The notes under the pieces were generated by a model. It did not search any database. It saw nothing but the letters and a program-made list of their open reading frames with translations, and was not told the origin of the DNA. Shown here piece by piece: positions 1 through 9,500 of a stretch of DNA of 64,000 nt. Source of the DNA: Alphaproteobacteria bacterium (GTDB lineage: Bacteria; Pseudomonadota; Alphaproteobacteria; SPJN01); contig JBMYYF010000002.1 of the NCBI GenBank assembly GCA_049609145.1, positions 444,466 to 508,465 of the forward strand, given 5' to 3'. Both the position numbers and the translations under genes were made by a program. Each line of letters starts with the position of its first letter. Position 1 is the stretch's first letter.

Positions 1-265
1 TGTCCCAACTGGCAGCCAAGGCCACAGCGGTGGGAAAACAGGTGGCAGGCACAGAGGCATTGAGGCCCAGATGATCATTGCCTTGCGCCTGCTTGCGCAG
101 GCCGTGGGGGCCATCGGTCAACATGATTTCTGGCAGGTTGAGGCGTTCTATCGCCTTCATAGTCCAAAAGGTTGCGCCGGAACAAAGGCCAGCTTTCTCG
201 GCCACAGACATTTCTGCGACGATGGCTTTCGCCTCATTGTCGTATTTTTTGGTGATGTTGCCCAT
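1..265 (-). CDS. glycoside hydrolase family 3 (beta-glucosidase-like), first 88 codons only; the gene runs off the window start
   Basis: Absent from the ORF track because it is open at the window edge. Reverse-strand translation from ATG 265..263 gives MGNITKKYDNEAKAIVAEMSVAEKAGLCSGATFWTMKAIERLNLPEIMLTDGPHGLRKQAQGNDHLGLNASVPATCFPTAVALAASWD. This is the conserved GH3 N-terminus (EK..L.SG..FW....IERL.IP.I..TDGPHGLRKQ). Confidence 0.7.
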   Translation of the reverse strand, partial: MGNITKKYDNEAKAIVAEMSVAEKAGLCSGATFWTMKAIERLNLPEIMLTDGPHGLRKQAQGNDHLGLNASVPATCFPTAVALAASWD

Positions 266-319
266 CAATCGTCCCCCAACATTGATGGTTAGGTTTTAGC
301 ACATCGGCGGGGCGAGACG

Positions 320-1444
320 TCAATTGCGCCGATTCGCCATGGCCTGCGCGTATACCTCCAATGTGGCGTCGACCATCGTGTCGTCAGTCCGGGCCTGTGC
401 CAACTTGGCAGAAGCCGCGGCGAAAGTTGCCCGCTTTTCATTGTCCAATGCGAGCGAGGTGATTGTGTCAGCAAGGGCTTTGGGGGGGGCATCCACTTCG
501 ATTGTGTAGCCGTTTTCGCCTTCTATGATCGTTTCTGCCGTTCCGCCAACACGTGTTGAAATGATCGGCAAACGGGCGTGAAGCGCCTCAAGCAACGTGT
601 ATGGCATGGCTTCATAGCTGCTGGTCATAACCAGAAAATCAAAGCCGGGCATAAGGGCCGCGGCCTTGCGGGCCCCCAAAAAAGAAACGGCATGTTGGGT
701 GTTTTTTTCTTCTGCGCTGGCTTTCAAGGGGCCATCCCCAATCACGATGCCTCGCAAACTTGGTGCACTTTCGCGGGCTATATTCACCGCCTCCACAAAG
801 CGGGCGGGGTTTTTGGGATCAGCGAGGCGACCAACAAAACCGGCAATGACTTCGCTTTCTTCGATACCCATCTCCCTGCGGGCATCACGGCGCGAAAGGG
901 GCATGTGCTTTGCCAGACCGTTATGCACCAGATATGTCCGGTTTGGAGCCATGCCAGCATCGTCGATATGTGCCTTTTCGACCATGCTGACAGGAATGAG
1001 AGCGTCGCTGCGCCAGCGACCTAGAACTTTCTCAATCGTGCCATATATAAATCGCGGCAGATCACCCAAATTTGGATCAATGGTGCGGATGCCGTGGGGC
1101 GTATATATTGTCGCCTTGGCGTAGCGTTTGGGCAGGGCTCGACACAACGCCCCGGCCTTAGAGCTATGGCTATGGATTATATCATACGGCCCGTACTGCT
1201 TAACAAATTGCCGTAGTCTAAAATAGGTAGTGAGATCAGACGGGCCAACGGCCCATGCCATGTCGAGTGGTTCGCAACGATGAAGGGGTAGTTTGTGCGC
1301 AGCCTTAATGAACCAATCTCCGGCGCGCAGGGGGGAATAAACAAGTGTTACTTTGTGGCCGCGCTTGGCCAACCCGGCAGCAAGATCAAGCACATGCAAT
1401 CCGCAGCCCCCATCGGCGGCTTCAATGACCAGCAAAACGTTCAT
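320..1444 (-). CDS. glycosyltransferase, GT4 / group-1 family
   Basis: 374-aa ORF. The N-terminus MNVLLVIEAADGGCGLHVLDLAAGLAKRGHKVTLV is typical of GT-B fold GT4 enzymes. The C-terminal half has the E..G....EA...G.P motif (SYEAMPYTLLEALHARLPIISTRVGG). It starts 8 nt after the TolC-like stop on the same strand. Confidence 0.85.
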   Translation of the reverse strand: MNVLLVIEAADGGCGLHVLDLAAGLAKRGHKVTLVYSPLRAGDWFIKAAHKLPLHRCEPLDMAWAVGPSDLTTYFRLRQFVKQYGPYDIIHSHSSKAGALCRALPKRYAKATIYTPHGIRTIDPNLGDLPRFIYGTIEKVLGRWRSDALIPVSMVEKAHIDDAGMAPNRTYLVHNGLAKHMPLSRRDARREMGIEESEVIAGFVGRLADPKNPARFVEAVNIARESAPSLRGIVIGDGPLKASAEEKNTQHAVSFLGARKAAALMPGFDFLVMTSSYEAMPYTLLEALHARLPIISTRVGGTAETIIEGENGYTIEVDAPPKALADTITSLALDNEKRATFAAASAKLAQARTDDTMVDATLEVYAQAMANRRN

Positions 1445-1452
1445 TGCTGCGC

Positions 1453-3210
1453 CTATTGCTCGTTCGCGAGTGTTGCGGCGATCATTTGATCAAGCGTTAG
1501 GGAGCCGCGATCACCAGCGGCGGCGTTGCTTGCTGTTGGCGCCTCAGCCATATTCGGGGTGCGGCTCGCAGCGTTTTCTGGTGGTAAGGTTTCCACAGGT
1601 GCCTTAGTGGTTGGTGCCGGTTCACTATGTACTTGTGCCGGTGTTTCCACGGTTCGAGATGGGGTTGTTTGAGGCTTGGTTTCAGCGGTTTGGTTCGGTG
1701 TTGTAGGCACCGAGCGTTCACCAGGGGCCGGTTGCGAGGCAACGGCGAAGGCGGGGGCTTCATTCTGCGGCGCGTCGTGCGCGACCTTCCAGTTTTGCAT
1801 CGGCGCGGCGCGGCCTTCCCGCAGCTCTCTTGCAGAAGACGGTTTTTGGCCTCGAATCGGCGCGCCAGCAACAACGCATTCAACTGATTGATCTGCACTC
1901 AACAACCCTGCGACGGCGAGTAATTGAATACATTGATCAACCAATCCATAACGGCGCTTGATCACCGTGATTGCATCTGACAAGGCGTCTTCTTCAAGGT
2001 CGTAAAGCAAGCCTACGGGTTTAAGACCTTGATCGACTTCCAGCTTGGTTTCTCTCACTGTTTGTCTGCGTTCTGCCAGAGCTGTTTCCCATTCGCTATG
2101 CGCATGGCGCGCGGCATTTAGTGACCGCCAGTGATTTGCCAACCGGGTATTGAGGGTACGCAAAATATAGCTTTCGCGCGCCTCTGCGGCGGCGAGTTGC
2201 GCCTTGGTACGTTTGACCCGGGCGCGCAATGCACCCCCTTCATACAGGGGCATGGTGGCGGCGATGCCGATCGTTGCTGATGAGGTGTCATCACCATCAA
2301 TGGCCCCGGTATTGGCGGAGCCCGTGATGTCAAGTTTTGGATACAATTCGCTGCGCGCGCGATCAAATTCGGCCTCGGCCCTTTGGCGGGCGGCGCGCAC
2401 GGAAGACAGTACGGGGTTTGCCCTTGTCGCTGCGATGGTTAATCCATTCAGGCTGGATAAAAGTCCCTCGCTTTTGCCTTCTCCGTCCGGCCACAAAGTA
2501 AATTGCTGGCCTTTGTCTTCTATGCCCATCAATGTGAACAGGTTTGTGCGGGCAGCGCGATATTCATCCCGGGCGTTCAATGCGCCTGCGCGTGCGGTTG
2601 CGTAACGCGCCCGGATATCGCGTAGATCAGAGATGGCGCCGATGTTCTGTTCTGTCTTGTCCCGGGCATCTGCCAATTGTTTTTCGAGCGTGCGAACATG
2701 GCTGTTCCAAAGACCGGATGTATGTGAGCCCGTGAGTACGGCCACAAGGGCAGAGCCGGTTTCAGCGGCGACCTCCTGTCCGATTTGTTGAAAATCGGCG
2801 TCGGCTTCCAATATCCCGGCATCACCGGATTTTCTGGCGGCGCTGTTGCGACCGAAGGAAAGTACAGTTTGTGTGGCTTCTACGCCTACGGAATAAAATT
2901 CGCCATCACGACGGAAGGGGTCATCGTCATAGATTTGCGATAGACTGCCACGGCCGCGAACATTTGGCCGTTCGCCTTGCCGCAGCGCATCAGCCTCGTG
3001 GCGGGAGGCGTCGAGACCATAACGTGCGGCTGATATCCGCTCGTCGTTGTTCAGCGTAAGGTCCAAAACATCTTTCAATGAAAGAACTGTTTGGGCCTGG
3101 GCGAGGGCAGGGGAACACACGAGCCCGATGGTAAGCCCCGTAACAAGCGAAACGGCAAGCCCTGCTGTGCGGGCAAATTTTCCAAACTGGTGTCTTGTGT
3201 ATGGGGACAT
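1453..3210 (-). CDS. TolC-family outer-membrane channel of the type I secretion system, with a ~140-aa Pro/Thr/Ala-rich C-terminal extension
   Basis: 585-aa ORF with signal peptide ...LVCSPALAQAQ. It has the two-repeat coiled TolC/OEP-like organisation (LKDVLDLTLNNDERISAARYGLDASRHEADA...; ...LYPKLDITGSANTG...). It starts 3 nt after the HlyD-family gene stop. Confidence 0.85.
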   Translation of the reverse strand: MSPYTRHQFGKFARTAGLAVSLVTGLTIGLVCSPALAQAQTVLSLKDVLDLTLNNDERISAARYGLDASRHEADALRQGERPNVRGRGSLSQIYDDDPFRRDGEFYSVGVEATQTVLSFGRNSAARKSGDAGILEADADFQQIGQEVAAETGSALVAVLTGSHTSGLWNSHVRTLEKQLADARDKTEQNIGAISDLRDIRARYATARAGALNARDEYRAARTNLFTLMGIEDKGQQFTLWPDGEGKSEGLLSSLNGLTIAATRANPVLSSVRAARQRAEAEFDRARSELYPKLDITGSANTGAIDGDDTSSATIGIAATMPLYEGGALRARVKRTKAQLAAAEARESYILRTLNTRLANHWRSLNAARHAHSEWETALAERRQTVRETKLEVDQGLKPVGLLYDLEEDALSDAITVIKRRYGLVDQCIQLLAVAGLLSADQSVECVVAGAPIRGQKPSSARELREGRAAPMQNWKVAHDAPQNEAPAFAVASQPAPGERSVPTTPNQTAETKPQTTPSRTVETPAQVHSEPAPTTKAPVETLPPENAASRTPNMAEAPTASNAAAGDRGSLTLDQMIAATLANEQ

Positions 3211-3213
3211 ACG

Positions 3214-4545
3214 CTACTCTTCTTTCAACCCTTTGGAGACCACATCCTCTACCGGATCGAGCAAATACTCAAGCAGGGTGCGGCTTTCGCCTTCTACCAT
3301 AATATCGGCAGGCATGCCGGGAACAATTTCAACCTTGTCGAGGCGAGCAATTTCGTCTTCTGGCACAATGATCCGAGCAAGGTAAAATGACTCGCCTGTT
3401 TCGCTGTCACCCAAAGCGTCTGCGCCGATATTGTCTACGATCCCGGTTAGTTCCGGCGAACTGCGCTGCTTGAAAGCGGTGAACCGGATGCGGACAGATT
3501 GGCCGACCGACACATTGTCGACATCTGTCGGACGAATGCGCGCTTCGATCACAACCAGATCATCATCGGGCACAATATCCAAAATGCGCTCGCCGGGGGG
3601 CAGAACGCCGCCAATGGTATGAACCGCCAACGCCAACACTGTGCCTGATTGCGGTGCCAGCACTTGGGTGCGCTTCAGCACATCTTCACTGGCGCCCAAT
3701 TGTTCTTTCAAATCAAAATATTCTTCCTGCGCGGCCGAAATTTCCGCGCTGACTTCTTGTTCGAAGTTCTTTTTGATCTGGATGATTTCCAGCTCGGCTT
3801 CGCCTTGCGCAACGCGTGCGGATGAAATCTCAGAAGCAATGCGCCCGATATCTCCTTGAGTGCGCGCGATCTCGCGCCGATAGTTAGAGATGGTTGGTAG
3901 ATCAACAATCCCTTTTTCATAAAGTGGCAAGGAGCGGTCCAGTTCGTCTTGCAACAGGGCCAGCGATTGTTCACCGGCTTCTCGCTGCGAAATCAAGCCT
4001 TCGATCTGCTGTTGCAATTGGCGAATGCGCTGGCGATAAATTTGCACTTGGCCGTCCAGTTGGGCGCGGCGTGCCTTGAACAAGACTTCCTGTTCGCGCA
4101 CAAGATCTGCAATATCGGGATTTGTCTGCGCGGCTTTCACATCTGCCGAAAATTGCACCTTGCGGGCACCTGCGCGCTCTGCCTTCAGGCGATCAATCAT
4201 GGTGGCGTTGCCGTAGTAACGGGTTGAGATCAGATCACGGCGCGCCCGCGATTGCAGGTCGTCCAGTTCAACCAACACATCACCGGATTTGACAACATCG
4301 CCTTCGCGCACATGAATAGCAGAAACAATTCCGCCTTCAAGGTGCTGAATGGTTTTGCGCTTGCTATCAACGCTGACAGTGCCTTGCGCGATAACCCCTT
4401 GCGCAAGGGGGGCAAATATGGCCCACAGAACGAAGATGAACAGCGTGCCCAATACGGCTATTCCGCCATAGCGCAGCAGTTTATCTTCGCCGTCGTTTTC
4501 AAGATCGCTGAGTAGCTTGTCGTCCAGAACTATTTTTTCGGCCAT
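3214..4545 (-). CDS. HlyD-family type I secretion periplasmic adaptor (membrane fusion protein)
   Basis: 443 aa with a single N-terminal TM helix (IAVLGTLFIFVLWAIFAPL). It has a lipoyl/barrel motif (VSAIHVREGDVVKSGDVLVELDD), a long coiled-coil and a C-terminal GMPADIMV motif. Its start abuts the ABC gene stop. Confidence 0.9.
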   Translation of the reverse strand: MAEKIVLDDKLLSDLENDGEDKLLRYGGIAVLGTLFIFVLWAIFAPLAQGVIAQGTVSVDSKRKTIQHLEGGIVSAIHVREGDVVKSGDVLVELDDLQSRARRDLISTRYYGNATMIDRLKAERAGARKVQFSADVKAAQTNPDIADLVREQEVLFKARRAQLDGQVQIYRQRIRQLQQQIEGLISQREAGEQSLALLQDELDRSLPLYEKGIVDLPTISNYRREIARTQGDIGRIASEISSARVAQGEAELEIIQIKKNFEQEVSAEISAAQEEYFDLKEQLGASEDVLKRTQVLAPQSGTVLALAVHTIGGVLPPGERILDIVPDDDLVVIEARIRPTDVDNVSVGQSVRIRFTAFKQRSSPELTGIVDNIGADALGDSETGESFYLARIIVPEDEIARLDKVEIVPGMPADIMVEGESRTLLEYLLDPVEDVVSKGLKEE

Positions 4546-6315
4546 TTAGTTGGCCTCCGGTGCGGTAGGTTGAGTGGGGTCGGTTTGCGCTGCTTGTTGG
4601 GTCACCTGTTGAGCTGGAGGATTTGCCCGTTTGGTGGTGCGCGCCAAAACCTCATCCCTCGGGCCTGACAGGCTAACAGCGCCTTCCTTGATCACCGTCA
4701 GTTGGTCGGCGATGGAAGCAAAGCGAACATCATGCGTAATCAATACAATGCCAGCGCCGCGTTTTTTGGCATTAAGAATGGCACGCGCCAAGGCTTGCTG
4801 GCCTTCTGCATCAAGCGCGGCATTCGGTTCATCCAGCACCAGCAATACGGGGTCTTTGTAGAGGGTGCGTGCCAATGCGATACGCTGGCGTTCGCCCCCG
4901 GACAGATTGCTGCCCCCTTCGCCGACGGCACTGTCATAGCCCTGTGGCAAGCGCAGGATCATATCGTGGACACCGGCAGCCTGAGCGGCGGTGATGATCT
5001 GATCGTCGGTGCCTTCCGGGTCAAACCGGCTGATATTTTGGGCAACTGTGCCATCAAACAAGGCCGCATCTTGGGGGAGATAACCCACATGACGGCCGCG
5101 TTGCTCTGGATGCCAATTGATGAGTTCTGCCCCATCCAAACGCACCGCGCCACGTACAGTGGGCAATACCCCGACGAGAAGTCTGCCAAGTGTAGATTTT
5201 CCGGCCCCGCTGGGGCCAATAATGCCATGTATTTGGCCGGGCTCGACCTTAAGTGAAACGCCCTTGATCAGGGGCTCCGTCATGCCGGGCAAAGCGGCTA
5301 CAACATTTTCGGCTTCCAGCAAGCCTTTCGGGTTTGGCAAATCGGTGCCTTCGGTTCGATCCGGCATTGTTGTCAATAGTTCGTCGACACGACTGTAAGC
5401 GGCCCGCACTTGCACGATGCCGCGCCATGCCCCAATGGCCTGTTCGACCGGGGCCAAAGCGCGCCCCATAATGATAGAGGCGGCAATCATGACGCCCGGC
5501 GTGACCACTTGTTCAATGGCAAGCCAGCCGCCAGCGCCCAAAATCAGCACTTGAAGCGAGAAGCGGATTGCTTTGGATAGCGCCAATAAGCTGGATACCT
5601 TATTGGCGGCGCGGGCTTGCAGGGCAACCGCAGGGTCGTGCCGTTTGCGCCATATGCCGGATACGTTTTCCGACATGCCCATGGCTTCAAGGGCGTCTGC
5701 GTTGCGCAGCCCCGCGTCCATAAAGTTGTTGGAGGCAATCGAGAGTGCGCCCGCGGCCCTCACTTCTTTGCGAGACAGCATCTCTGTCATGTAAGCAATG
5801 GTGAAAATCAGGATCGCCCCAATCAAGGCAATCATGCCCAACAAGGGATGCATGGTGAAAATCAAGATTAGGAACAGGGGGGTGAAGGGGGAATCAAACA
5901 GTGCAAAAATGGCTGTGCCGCTCAAAAATTGGCGAATTTGCTCCAAATCGCGCATGGCTTGCGCGCCACCGGCACTGGAGCCGGAAACGAGCACTCGTCG
6001 CAGAACGCGGTCGAAAATGCGGCCCTTTATATCTGCCTCAAAACGCACGCCAATCCGTGTCATGATACGTGCCCGCATTGCATCCAACAGGGCCAACGTG
6101 CCGAGTAGAAATAGGGCAATAACCGTTAAAAGTATCAGCGTTTGTTCGCTGCCACTGGTTAGGACCCGATCATATAACTGCAACATGTAGATCGGCGAAA
6201 CCAGCATCAGCAGGTTCACCACGACAGAAAAACCCGCGACAGCCCAAAATGAACTGCGTGCCCGCATTAAAATAGAGCGTAATTCTCCATCCGCTGCATT
6301 GGCTGACTGAGCCAT
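4546..6315 (-). CDS. type I secretion ABC transporter (permease + ATPase), PrtD/RsaD-like, without an N-terminal C39/CLD domain
   Basis: The track ORF is 4546..6390. I prefer ATG 6315 (MAQSANAADGELRS...) because GAGGGAG lies about 8 nt upstream and only ~23 aa precede TM1. Walker A GPSGAGKST, signature LSGGERQR and Walker B LLVLDEP are present. Confidence 0.9.
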   Translation of the reverse strand: MAQSANAADGELRSILMRARSSFWAVAGFSVVVNLLMLVSPIYMLQLYDRVLTSGSEQTLILLTVIALFLLGTLALLDAMRARIMTRIGVRFEADIKGRIFDRVLRRVLVSGSSAGGAQAMRDLEQIRQFLSGTAIFALFDSPFTPLFLILIFTMHPLLGMIALIGAILIFTIAYMTEMLSRKEVRAAGALSIASNNFMDAGLRNADALEAMGMSENVSGIWRKRHDPAVALQARAANKVSSLLALSKAIRFSLQVLILGAGGWLAIEQVVTPGVMIAASIIMGRALAPVEQAIGAWRGIVQVRAAYSRVDELLTTMPDRTEGTDLPNPKGLLEAENVVAALPGMTEPLIKGVSLKVEPGQIHGIIGPSGAGKSTLGRLLVGVLPTVRGAVRLDGAELINWHPEQRGRHVGYLPQDAALFDGTVAQNISRFDPEGTDDQIITAAQAAGVHDMILRLPQGYDSAVGEGGSNLSGGERQRIALARTLYKDPVLLVLDEPNAALDAEGQQALARAILNAKKRGAGIVLITHDVRFASIADQLTVIKEGAVSLSGPRDEVLARTTKRANPPAQQVTQQAAQTDPTQPTAPEAN

Positions 6316-6596
6316 GCGCAAATCTCCCTCACCACCCGGAAAACGCATTTGCTGCGCGCCAAACCGGAATTTACTCACATTGTCCCGCAATAATGAGCGT
6401 CATTTGAAAAATATCAGCGATATATGCCTGAAACATATGTGCAATACGAGTCAAAATCTTTCATATTGAGGACGAAGTTTGGCTGGACAATGGGCCAAGC
6501 GGGGCATTAGAATCGGCAGTAACTAACCAAGTGACATAGTCACGGGTCGAATTGGGCGTCGACCTACCGAGGGGATTTCAAGTGAGGAACATCGTT
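6316..6596. promoter_or_regulatory. divergent intergenic region between the T1SS operon and the RTX adhesin gene; contains the perfect palindrome GTGAC-ATA-GTCAC (6531..6543)
   Basis: A 281-bp AT-richer spacer lies between two divergently oriented starts. The palindrome is read directly from the sequence. Promoter or operator function is inferred only. Confidence 0.35.
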
Positions 6597-9500
6597 ATGA
6601 GTGATACGAAACTGTGGGGCGACCTTCGCCAACGGCTGATTGCGGAATCATATGTTGTGCGGTCAGTCGCGCGATTGCGGCTTTCAAAGCGCTCCAGCCA
6701 AACGGCAGCGCTGATTTCTCTGGCCCCATTGGCGGCTTGTAGCAGCGGCGGTGATTCACTTGGTGATGCGCTTGGCGGCGGCGGTGGCGGCGGTACGACG
6801 CCCACCGGTGCGGGTTTTACCCAGGTAGGCAACACTTTTACCGGTACCCCGAATGACGATACGCTGGCGCAAGGTGCCTCAACAGATAATCTGAGCGTCG
6901 ATGGGCAGGGGGGTAACGACAATATTACAACCGGCGCGGGCGCGGATCAGATTGATGGTGGTGCGGGTAATGACACCATCAACGGCGGTGCAGGCAACGA
7001 CGTTATTCGCCCAGGTGAAGGGCAAGATGCAACCGATGGTGGTGCGGGTAACGATGTGTTCGTTATTGTCGGCACGACAAGTGCTGGCCAGTACACTGCT
7101 GATGACATTTCAAATGTACAGGGCACCGGGCTTGATCTTTCCGGTGTGCTTGATCTGTCCGACCTGAATGGTCACACGATCTCAGACGTGATTGCGGGTG
7201 AAACCATTGATGGTGGCGCGGGCGCTAATACCGTGGTTATCTTTGGTGATGTGGATTTGAGCCAGCTTGAATTGGCCAATGTTCAGGTCATTTTGGTGAA
7301 TTCCACATTGACCGTTTCTGCAGGTCAGTTGGAAGGTAATGGCGGCGATATTTCCTCTTTGGTGGGCGACGGCACCTCGGTTCTGGAAATCGTTTCTGAC
7401 GGTGGCGCGGTTGAGGTTGATCTTACCAGCCTTTCCAATCTTTCTAATTTTAACCGCATTATTCTGGGTAGCGGCGTTACCGCATCCATCGATACGGTTG
7501 ATGATCTGCCTGCCTCCTTGGTCGGGTTGTCCGGCAACGGTACGCTGAAAATTGTAAACGGCGCGGCCGATGAATTATTCGGCGTTGCTTTGGCGGATAC
7601 GTTGAGCGTTGTGGATGGCAACAATATCGGCGTTGCTGGTAAGTTTGACGCCACAATTGTTGAGCTGGCAGATTTCAATAATGCACAGGACGAAGAAGGT
7701 CTTGATCTTGTTGCCGACCCAGCCGGGGGCACTATTCGCGGCACGCGTGAAAACGATACTATTACTATGGGTTCCGGCACCGATATTGCAACGGGTGCGG
7801 GCGGTGTGGATATTTTCATCGGCACGGCAGAAGATTTCGCTGGCGATTCCATTTTGGACTTTGGTGGCAAAGAAGATGTGATCCGCGTTTTGAGCGTGAA
7901 CGGGCAAAATGGCAGCAATCTTACCGCAAGTGATCTTCAGGTTGTGAATGGCCGTTTGGAGCTGACAGACGCCGGGCGCACCAAGTTTGGCCTTAGCCCA
8001 ACCGATGCAGCTTTGGGTGTTGATGTTGGCGCCAATGTCTCTGTGCGGATCGCCTCCAATGGCTCTGCGGCTGATATAACGACCAATGCGTTGCCGGTTC
8101 TTGAAGGCGACAAGACCGTTACGCTGCCGGAAGATTCCAGCATCGCGCTGAATATACAAGAGCCGACAGATGCAGAAGGCGACCCAATTTCGGTGTTCAT
8201 CACCCAGGTGCCGGGTTCCGGCACTGTGCGCAAAGCCAATGGCGATGTAGTGAATAGCGGTGAGTTTGTTTCTACGACGGAACTTTCTGGGCTCACCTTC
8301 GAGGGGGCGCCCGATTTCTTCGGGGATGCAGGCGATCTTGTTTACACAGTGTTCGAGCAGGGCACCGCGAATTCACAAGAGCGCACGGTTTCGCTGAACG
8401 TTACCAATGTGAATGATGCGCCAGTAGTTGCGCCGATTACGCGAACAGCAAGTGAGGACGATGCCCCCGGTGCCATCGACCTGACGGCAGGCCAAACCGA
8501 TGTTGATAATGATGCGTTGACTGCACAAAATGTGCAGCAAACAGGTGGGCCAAACAATGTGGCCTTCACGATCAGCGGCAACAATATCACCATTGATCCG
8601 GGGCAGTTCAATAATCTGCCCGATGGTGAAGAGGTTGTGCTCGAATTCACCTATGATGTGAACGATGGCACGACATCTGTTTCCAACACGCTGACCTTGA
8701 CCGTGACCGGTGAAAACGATGCGCCTGAAACAGATCTGATAAATGTGCTGTCGAACGAAGATGCCGCCAAACTGCAAATTGATTTGCTGGACGGACAAAC
8801 CGACCCGGACGACAATGAAACACCGTTGCTGACTGTCAGTGATCTGAGCGTATCGTTGGATACGGGCGCGAACCCTGTTGTGTTTGAAACCGTGGGTGAT
8901 TTCCTGCTGGTTGACCCGGCGCAGTACAACTATCTGGCCGCTGGCGAGAACGTTATTCTAACATTCGATTACAACGTGAATGATGCCGCGACATCGACGG
9001 CAAACGCCGTCAATATCACGATTAATGGGATAAACGATGCCCCGGATGCGTCGGCCCATGCGGATGATACGGACGAAGATGCGGGTATTTACTCCATTGA
9101 TTTGGCGCCGCTGCAATCCGATCCGGATACGAGCAACAGCCTGACGATTTCTGGCCTGACACGCACTGATGGGCGCTCGGTTTCTCACTCATTTGTGGGT
9201 ACCACCCTGTCGTTTGATACCAATCTCTTCTCTGATTTGCCGGAAGGCACGTCGGAAGATGTGGTGTTTGAATATGATGTGAGCGATGGCACCACCACCG
9301 TTACCCGCACTCTCACCATTACGGTTGAGGGTCGCGAGGATGCCGTTACCATCGTGCCGAACCAATCCGCCGATGTGGAAGAAAACTCACCGGTTGATAC
9401 CGTTGTGGGCACGGTGCAGATCATTGATGATGATGATCCAACACCGCACACGTTCGAAATCTTTGGCGGTATTCATAAGGATGCGTTTGCTATTGATTCG

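Noticed and set aside
6552-6596. TTG-initiated 15-codon N-terminal extension of the RTX adhesin given in the ORF track
   Set aside because: ATG 6597 has a well-spaced GTGAGGAAC ribosome-binding site; the extension has none.
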